DNA of 59,717 nucleotides, the filler included, from Sluysia triapertura (Eukaryota), in NCBI GenBank assembly GCA_046118255.1. It is 5 parts of 5 records of this genome, joined end to end, with 100 filler letters (N's around TTAATTAATTAA, not from the genome) between each part and the next. Parts side by side here need not be neighbours in the genome. Positions count along the whole stretch, not along the records: positions 48,933 to 59,717 come from JBJNIA010193505.1; 4 more parts are not named here. One strand, 5' to 3'. Below the pieces are notes generated by a model. That model had not been told where the DNA came from and searched no databases. It was given only the letters and a program-made list of their open reading frames with translations. Below, piece by piece: positions 50,104 to 59,717 of the stretch. Each line of letters starts with the position of its first letter. Positions within the stretch are counted from its first letter, which is position 1. A program made the translations under genes and the position numbers.

Positions 50104-51699
50104 TTTTTCTTGAAATTGTAAAATAATTTATTAACAAACGAAAAATAATAATGAATACCACACTTAATATTTTACACAAATAACTTTTAATTTAATAAAA
50201 TGGTTCGGTTCTAATACTATTAGTTTAAGTTACATGTTACTCCGTAAAATAGCAAGTATCTAATATAGTAATATAGTCTGAGGAATAATATAATCAAACT
50301 ACACCAAGTTATATCTTTTCGAATAACGAAATTATACCAAATTATTTTACCAAAAGGAAACCGCCTTTTTTATTTTATGGAGTAATTATTATTTTTTAGA
50401 ACAACAATAGCTATTTTACAAATAATATTGTTATATGTTATGTTATTTTATTATTCTTTCAGCGTTAAATGGCTAGAATGATAATTTTTAACTTATAGTG
50501 CCTTTTCTCATTGATTCAACAATAACTCTTATTTCATTTTCAATAACAATTCCTTTTCAATAGCTTTATAATAGTGTAAAGATTATTTAATAATATATCT
50601 TTGCAAAATTTAATTAAACCAAAAAACTGCATTAAAAACAATAAAATTATTGCAAAAATTATATTATAGAAAAATATTATGTAAATTAAAAATTAAGTCA
50701 AAAAGTAATAACATAATTATAAACAATAAGTGAATAAAATAGTAGTTATTGAAATTAAGAGAAAAATATAATAACATAATATAAAATAATAACAAACTAT
50801 AGTGTAAATGAAATAATATCGAAAAAGTAATTTCACTATATATATTATTGTATTACAAAAATTAGAAAGTGTTATGGAAAAAATCAAGTATAAATAGTCG
50901 AGTTTTATCAACACATTTTACAAGGTATCGATTTAGTTTCAAGTATTTAATTTGGTTCAAGTTTCGATTTGGTATTTAATTGCTGTTCGAGTTAAAGGTA
51001 TTCGTTGTACAATTACTATTTAGTCAAAGGTATTTAAATAACTGACATTTTATAATTTAAGTTGCATTAATATTTATCAGAATAACATTTAAAGTAATTG
51101 AAGTGTTAAATTTAAACTTAATTTTGAAAGAAGTTTATAAGCACCCAAAATATAACTACGTGTGGTACATTTTATATCGTGAATATTATCTGTAGACTTT
51201 GTATTTGTTACTTACATTTGATAAATAAACTTTTAGCCAATTTTGTTTACGTTATTTGATTTTAGGGAGAAGAGCTTGAATTTTAACGTTAATCAAACAA
51301 AATCGTACTTCATTTTTTACACCAGAGACGAGTAACCTCCAGAAGTTAATACAAGTGTTAGAAAATAATTTAGGTAAAAAGAGCTAAGTCCAAGCCAAGT
51401 TATAAACTTAATAAGCCTATAAACATATATAATTTATCTAACAATAGCTTTTAATTTTTTTTAATACAATAGTTTTTTAATATTCATTTTTTAATTTAAT
51501 TTTACGTTTATTTTATAATTCATGTTATAATTTAAATTTTTATAATTAAATTCACCGATATATATTTACTAAGCATTAAAAAATATAAGCATTAATTTTA
51601 TTTATTATTTATATCAATGTTATGAAATTAACTCTCAAAATGTAAAAAAGTTTTTAAATTTTATAAATTGTAGGCTTTGTGTTATTTATCATGAATATA

Positions 51700-51973
51700 T
51701 ACAGTTATGGCCAAATTATTAGACTAAAACAGGAAAAATATGTTTTTCTTTGGTTTTAATATTTTCTACCCTAGCCTGGAGACTCCAGACATGAATCCCA
51801 TAGAAAACATGTGGGAGATTGCCAAAAGAAGACAGAACTTATTGAAACTCTGTTAAAAGTATGGCATCAGGATGACGAGATCAAATATTTGTGACCCAAG
51901 CTCATCCGTGGCATGCACCTTTAAGGATCAGGAAATTATTGCATAACAAAGGAGGGCAAACAAAGTACACTGA
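51700..51973 (+). mobile_element. Internally deleted Tc1-like element
   Basis: TA-CAGTTATGGCCAAATTATTAGAC TIR-like start; PDMNPIENMWEIAK...LIETLLKVW...NKGGQTKY. Confidence 0.8.
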
Positions 51974-52512
51974 TACAACAGTAAGTTGTGTTATTCTATA
52001 TGAATAAAATTTCTGAATGTTTTGGATCTCAGTATTCTCTTCATATTTGTTTTCTCTCTTACCTTTAGCCTTTTTATTAAAGATGCTTCTAAGTGTTTTT
52101 TGGTGTTTAAGAGACCAATTTAAGTTGTACAATGTGTTCATGAATTTTTTATATGGTAAAATAATTTTCGTTATTTTCTTTATAATTTTTTTTAAAAATT
52201 GTTATGGTATGGAAAATTATTGGAAATATAGAAGTGCATGGATGAAGAAAAAGCAGTGAATGATTGAATGTGAATTATAATAGTTTCTTTGTAAATGTTT
52301 AAAAATTGTATTATTGTGTTTGAAATGATTGGTTCTGGTTCAGAAATGAGGGTTTATTTATGTTTAATTAATGAATGTTTTGTTTGCTAATTGAGTTTGA
52401 TTGTTTGATCGTTTGCTAATTTTTGTTTGATTGAATACTTTAAAATAATTCTTTGTTCAGTAGTTTTAGATTTATTTTTAATGTAGTTTATTGGTTTTCG
52501 TATTATTATTAC

Positions 52513-52551
<39 letters not shown>

Positions 52552-52561
52552 TACTATCTAG

Positions 52562-55500
52562 TTATTTGAATACTTCTGGGCCTGAAGAACGCGAAAAGGA
52601 AGTGATACTTGATGAAAACGATGAATTATGGAACGAACTGCGTCACCAGCATATTGCCGTTGTGTCGAATTTAGTAACAACAAAATTGAAGAAATTTGCA
52701 GAAGAGAAGCGAATGCATACTGGTTAGAGTAATGCATAATTTATTATTTTCTAAATAATATGCAAAATAAATAATATTGATAATAATATTGTAAAATAAA
52801 TTTAAAACATAATTCTTCATTTAAAATTTAAAATATAATTCTTCATTTTGTAAAATAAATAATTTTGTTATAAATTAAACATAATACTCTTTATAATTCT
52901 TCATTTTAAAAATAATAAGCTATAAACTTATTTTAATATGTTCATTTTTAAGAATTATTAAGTTTTAAGTTCGAACAGAAATAATAATAATTCTAATATT
53001 CTATTATTATTATCATTATTATTATTCGATCACAGAATAAAGTAATTAATTTACAATAGTACATTAACAGAACTGAATACATGAATATATGTAATTAATT
53101 TATGTGAAGTATATGCTATACATGAATTATTATCTGCTAATTCATACTATTAACATTGGATTATTATTTGAATTAATTGAATTTATATTACTGGATTTAT
53201 CTGCTAATCTATCTGCAAAAATTATAAGCTGAATTTATTTATTGAATCTCCAAAATCTATATAAGGAGCAAGAAAAGAACAGTGAAAGTCACACAAAAAA
53301 TATAAAATAATAATTCCATCGAAACAATTGACAATTCATCAAGATTAGCTGTGTGATTCGAAGAAATGTTACTATCTAGATTTATCAAAACAATAGACAA
53401 GTTATCAAAGATTCAGCGAAACAGTTGACAGTATTACGTTTATTATTGAACTTTATTAATTAAATAATTAGTCGGTTATTAAGCACTTCTATCCAGAACG
53501 ACAAGTACGAGTATATTAACTCATACCTCCAGTTTAGTGATAACATTGATCAAAAGTTCAGAATAATTATAAAAATTTATAAAGAGATTTGATTTAATAG
53601 TAGAGAGAAAGAGTTTTGAAAGTACAAAATAGCATTCAGACATATTGAGAAATGTTTAATAAAATAAAGGTAAAGAAATGACGCACAAATTTTTCAGACT
53701 TAGAGGAAACGAAAATATTTATTTATATTTGTATTTATATTTATATTTATATTAATAATGAATACATAATAATATAATAGTAAATTTTCCAGGTGATAAA
53801 ACGTCGATGCGTGATCTTAGTTCGATGTTGAAAAAAATGCCTCAATATCAGAAAGAATTGTCTATGTATTCTACGCATTTTCATTTAGCGGAGGATTGTA
53901 TGCATGCTTATTCGGGCCATGTTGACAAATTATGTAAAGTGGAACAGGTTAGATTATGTTTTAAATTTATCAATCATTTTGATCTCATCAAACATAATGT
54001 TAATGTTACAGTTGCATTAAAAGAAGATCTAGAGAACAATGGAAAATAAAAATTCAAAATTCATTTTATAAGCATCTAATCTCATGATTAATGATAATGT
54101 GATAATGGAAAATGTTGAAAGTCTTTAGAAATAATTGAATATAATTATTTCATTTTCTGTTGTTCAGAGAAAATCTATACGAAAGTTATAAGATTTCATG
54201 TTTTAGTTATATGTCAAATGTTTAGTTTGTGAAATATTTATTCATTTTATGAATAACGTATAACTAAAATTCAAAACTTATTATTTGTGGCTTGTCAAAG
54301 CATCAGTCCGATATTCAATTTGGAAAAAATTTGGGAAAGTTATAGGAAGTTAGTGGTTTTGAAGAGTAGTATTTATTATATCAATGACGTCAAAATTAGT
54401 ACGAGTTTAAAATAATTTTTAAATTAATATTTTAATATTTCATATAAAATTAATAAATTCGGTTTTAACATTAAATTTATTTTTATTTTTTGTATTGCAT
54501 TAAAATTGGTACTTTTTAAGAATATTTTCAAAACATTTCTAATCACGAATGCCAGTTAAAATTTATTGTACATTGTTATTTTCTACAAGATATTTTTTAC
54601 ATAATTGTGTATCGTTTAAAAATCATTGAGGATTATGTTTTTGCAGATAAATAATTAATCAAATAAATTTACATATTATAATTAGCAATATTTTTTTCAT
54701 TTTGATACAGTTTTTATTACGATGTTTTTTTAAATATATCGAATAAGTTTGTTTATTTTTGAACAGTTCATAATTTTAAGACAAACTTTTACGTTACAGA
54801 TTTCGATATGAAAATAAGGATTAATTAAATTGAACTACACTGTTTTTTTACAATTTTTGTACTTTTTATGGTATTGAATGAATTTTCGAAATTTTCTGTC
54901 AGGATTTTCAATTAAGATTGCACAGAATCTTCGAAATGAAACTGTTTTAAAGTCATATTTACTCGAACATATTAAATAGCTAATGTTCAAAATGGGATAA
55001 GTTGCCTTATTAGGATTAAGTAACAATTAATAACGCAAACCTTAAATGATTTCGATGTATAAGAACGAATGTATAAGCTTCGACAATTTAGAAGGCTAAA
55101 TGATTCTCAATTAATTTAAAATCGATACATACATTTTATGGTTTTTAATTATCTAATGTACATTGAAAATCTGCAAAATATAATCAATAAATAAAATGAT
55201 TGAATATTTATTTCAAAACACATCAGAGATAGGTAAACAAGATGGTTTAAATCAAAATGTTATAAGCTAATGTTCGACATTGTATGATGATCAATATTCG
55301 AATATTTGTAAAACACTTCAGTTGTTAATCATGATAGAATAAATGTAGCACTATTTGAGTTAAATAATCCAAATACAATTCATAATAATTAAGCTGTCCG
55401 TATCTTAAGTAAACTTATCACTAATTAAGAAACGCTTAAATAAATTAAATTAAGAAAAATATTAAAATAAAACGAAATCATTTGATAAAAACTGTAGTTC

Positions 55501-56008
55501 GCTTTCTTTCAAATATGTTATATCCAAATATGTTAACCAAAGAATCACTGATATCGATTCTATTATTTTTATATTTATAGACAACTTTTAATTAATATTT
55601 GATTTACAAATAATTCAAAGTATTTTCAAAAGGTTCAAAAATTGTAAAAAATTTTATAAAAATAAATATAATTGCATTATTTCCAAAAAGAAACTTAAAC
55701 TCATAGTTAAAAAGCATACTTCGATTGTTACGAGTTTTATGTAATGTTTCAGATTTCTTTATTGATGCATTATGGAAATCCTGAATGTCTCTTGGAATCA
55801 ATAAAAAATTCTGAAGCCAGAATGAATGTGACTTTAAGATATTTATTTAACTTAACAATTTATGTAGAATCCAGGATGATAATAAGATAATAAACGACTA
55901 GACAATGTTAAAATACTGGAAAATTCTGAAAAAAGGCAAAGTTCTTCGTATTTCAAAAATATTATAGTGAAAGATTGATTTTAAATATTAGAGCAATATA
56001 GATTAAAA

Positions 56009-56050
<42 letters not shown>

Positions 56051-56309
56051 GCGTATGAAATTCATGCAGGATCTGGCCATGGGAATGGACGGAGAAGGAG
56101 AAAAGATTAAGGATCCTATGCGTCAGATTGTACCGTTACTGTTGGACCAATCAATAACTGCTTATGATAAGTTAAGAATAATACTTTTATATATAATTCA
56201 CCGAGGTGGAATAGCCGAAGAAAATATCGACAAACTAGTTCAGCATGGTCAAATTCCCGATCAGCAGACGGCAATTATTCGAAATCTGTCCATGCTCGGT
56301 ATAAACTCG
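52562..56309 (+). CDS. STXBP1: Munc18-1/UNC-18/Rop (Sec1 family), internal fragment, 3 exons
   Basis: Phase-compatible exons 52562-52722, 53793-53947, 56070-56309. [67 protein letters not shown]...[10 protein letters not shown]. Confidence 0.95.
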
Positions 56310-56399
56310 GTTAGAATATGATTTTTAATTGTGCGAAGGTTTAAAATGTAGTTATATTAAAACATTCTTATGGTTCTGAGTAAATTTTGATGAGATATT

Positions 56400-57935
56400 T
56401 CTAAATAAAAACAAGCTGCTTTTGTATTTTAAATTTAAGTTGTTTATTCACTGTCAGTAATTCCTTCAGGAATGTATATATATGAGAAATGATCGTAAGA
56501 TGGCATAGTATTGAGATTTCGATGCAACAAAACTTTTTTCTTCTGGAAGTTTGGCGTAGAAAGTTGTGCGGCATACAAGTGTTTACTCCAAGAACAGTAT
56601 ACTGAAAATATGTAGGGGGGTATTTTTCCATCCAAGCAATATTAACGGCAATGAGTGAAATTCTTAATGAATAATGAAAGCGTTCTATCATTCTGTTGGA
56701 TATAGACGATAAGAGTTTCAGTCTGCCATTGAATAGCTGGGACTAGAATTTGGTTTCGTGATCAATATTTATTCTTTTAAAGGCGCCAAATTTTGAAATC
56801 CAGTATGAGATTAAAATATGGTTTCCGCGGATATAGTATTCAGAATGTATGTGTAGTACTTTGAATTTGGAAGTGGTCCTATAGTATCTCTACGTTGAAA
56901 TAAATCCCAAAACATGATTATCATGAACAAATGCATAAACACACTTCAACTCAACCTAGCACTATTAAAAATCAAAGAATAAAGTAAAAATTCGGAAACA
57001 TTAATGACACAACTCAACAACTCAAAAATTTTCACAATAATGATAAATTTACTTATGTAAACATTTGCACACAACCACAATCTAAAATTTAATATTGTTA
57101 TGATATTAAACATAATATTTAGAACAAAATAAATCATAAAAAACAACCTTGGATCAATCCTCCATATTGTAGTGTACCACTCCTGACACAAATTTGAGGG
57201 TTTCAATATTATATATGAAGTTCTAATGACTTTATTTAAATTGGAATAGTTCCTGTAATACCTTATTATTAATTTAATTATTTTTTTATGGCTTAATTTT
57301 TTAATTAAATAAAATTTTATTGTCAAATTTAAAGTTGGCTTAAGACCTGGCGAAACGATGTATATATATTTTAGAGACTTGTTTCACAACCGGATACATT
57401 GATAAGAGTTTACAGTTGAAAGCGGAATAGCGTGTTGAGTGCACAGTTTGAAAGCATAATTTTATCTTGTTATTGGGTTAAAACTTCTGCGACTGCGATG
57501 TTAGATGCATCAGTCGTTAGAATGGAAGGCTAATTCTTGTATGGTGTATGTGGCTGTGCCGTATGATATTAAATAATATTTCATTAACCATTTTAAAGGT
57601 GATTTAATGAATTCGACATATACATCTGAAGTTTTGTTTTTTGTTGAGGGCTTATTACTATTATTATTATGTAGCTTTAAATTTGAACTTATTATAGAAG
57701 GTTTATACTCAAGTAATAAACTCGTTAGATAAATACATGTTTCGTGATTTAGTTCATGTTTGTGTAGATCATTCATGGTCACGTGTAAAATTAGACTTAA
57801 AGTCACCAATATTTTATCAAGTATCTTTAAATGTTTAAACTTATTTGTTTCAAAGGTTTTATCAGATTTCCTAAATTTATCATTGTCGTTAATCGATTTA
57901 ATAATTAGATTAAAGCCTAGTTTAAACCTATACAT
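56400..57935 (-). mobile_element. Decayed, multiply deleted Gypsy pol (RT end, RNase H, integrase) antisense in a Munc18 intron
   Basis: HLKILDKIL...LNHETC; LTTDASNIAVAEVLTQ and RYSAFNCKLL (RNase H); SPGLKPT; DTIGPLPNS, WISKFG, DHETKF*SQLF, NRMIERFHYSLR (integrase). Confidence 0.8.
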
Positions 57936-58136
57936 TTTATTTGGAAATAAACATGATAGCTTATTATTCAGACAGTAAGTTAGAAGTCTAAAACGAAGGT
58001 TATAGTATTTTATTAAATAATCTAAACTAATAAATTGAATTCTAAATTTAACTTTTATTAGAGCATTAATTGCATTCTCCGTTTCTAAACTTCTGATTTC
58101 CCTTCTTCATTGTTCATCTTATTGCACTTGGATGGT

Positions 58137-59300
58137 TCAGTTGTATTGCTTATTAACTAAATAAGAATCACATAAATGTATAAAATTAAAACTAACAAAG
58201 TTACGTATAAAATCAAAGACATAAGGAAATTTTATGTTAAAAATTACTTCGTTTTTAAGTGACTTCATGTCTTCATAATTGTCTAATAGAGCTGCATTAA
58301 CTGAACGCGAACCATGGTACAATACTATACATTGGTAAGCATAGTTTGTCGAGAATGTTTGAATTTTATAATCCATAGGAATTTTAATCTTTTCGTTAGT
58401 AAACATTGACTTTTTTTTGAATCTTATTGAAATTCATTATAATCACTTTCTGATAACTCTTCAAGTTCATAATATGTTTCGTCAATATAAATAGAATATC
58501 TTTTATTTATTCTAGATGGATCTCCTTTAATATCAAATGTATCGCCGAGATAATACTGGAAAAACTTGAGTGATTCTAACTTTTTTGAAGACTGAACGAT
58601 TATTTTAAATAGTTCTTCTGCAAAGAGTATGTTATTCATATCATCTTTATTAAAGTTTTCGTTAGTATCAGCTGAAAAGTTAAAATTACGTGAATATTCA
58701 CTCTTATCTGGAATTAATGGTATATCGTTAAAACTGGAACTTTCGATGCATATGTCATATCAGGATATTCCATAACAAACATTGATTTGTTTGGGAAATT
58801 GATTGGTTCAACTTTTAATTTTGGTAATATAAATGACTTCATTTGAATTTGTATTGCTTTTTGAACACTCATTAATTGATAAACTGCTAATGAAGATATA
58901 ATTCGAAAGTACGTCTAATAGATAGTAGACATATTGTGATTCATTTTCTCGTAAACAGGTACTAAGTGGCTGCGATCTGTTATGTTTCGTTGCGAGTCGT
59001 TCATTTATTTTGAAATCAGTGACAAAATTTGTTAGTGACAAAATAAACTTTAGGAGAATCTAAAATGTCTCCTTTGATTATTCGTTTTAAATCTCTGTGG
59101 ATAAAAATATCATAGCTGGTTGATCGTCGAATCCATATATGTTCATTCGATATATCATTCAAATTTGCATTATTAGTTGGTATTAATACTACATTTCCAT
59201 TTGTTAGACCAATAATTTTCATTAGATTCCACTTAGTGATCAGTAATATTATGAAGATTGTCACTTTTCTTCTTAATCCCAATGCTAATTGCGCAGATCT
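58137..59300 (-). pseudogene. Decayed orphan ORF
   Basis: Four adjacent same-strand ORF fragments; 58808-59041 and 58424-58639 are in one frame, with only two TGA stops between them. Confidence 0.45.
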
Positions 59301-59717
59301 GTGCTTATTGAATTGTAAAAATTTTTAATTGTCTACAAAATTTTTAATTGTGCCTAATGCAAAATATTTTATCACGCTATTATTATTCATTCTACATATA
59401 TAAAATTAAAAGACATAAAACTGATGAAATACTGTGAAGGAGCAACGATAACAAGGTATACTCGTCTCAGTTATCGCTGTTGCTTCAATTTAAAATAGTG
59501 AATTCTTTAAGGCTTTATTAGGTTTATTAATAAAGGTAAAGAAAAATGACTTGAGTTATACTTAAGACGAAGAGTGTTAGAATAAATTACTACAATTTGT
59601 TGAGATTTGATCATTGAAAATAACAGTTTAAGATGGTTATTGAAAGGTTGAAGTTACTTTAGTTTTAAATGATGATTACAAAATAAATCTTAACGTATTT
59701 ATATTGTTAATAAAAAT

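Overview
Very AT-rich eukaryotic (invertebrate metazoan-like) DNA. It consists of five pieces joined by artificial 100-nt linkers (N44-TTAATTAATTAA-N44 at 10858, 22368, 33829, 48833), plus one plain N gap, so adjacency across linkers is not biological. Host genes, reconstructed by eye from GT-AG exons: 3' half of Rabaptin-5 with a C-terminal FYVE finger (-), six exons of a divergent dynein heavy chain (AAA3-AAA4 region, +), three exons of Munc18/UNC-18 (+), a Shaw/Kv3-like T1 exon (-), an intronless 622-aa LRR gene, an MS4A/CD20-like 4-TM gene and a 214-aa orphan ORF. Decayed transposons include Gypsy gag and pol, L2/CR1 LINE, Tc1, DD41D mariner and pogo. The main unexplained signal is a family of decayed, virus-like cassettes: a non-coding leader with two covarying hairpins recurring in several copies upstream of mutually similar orphan ORFs, two independent SF3-helicase relics with colinear motifs, and ankyrin, F-box-like and Bcl-2-like pseudogenes. 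All protein similarities are manual motif recognition, not database hits.
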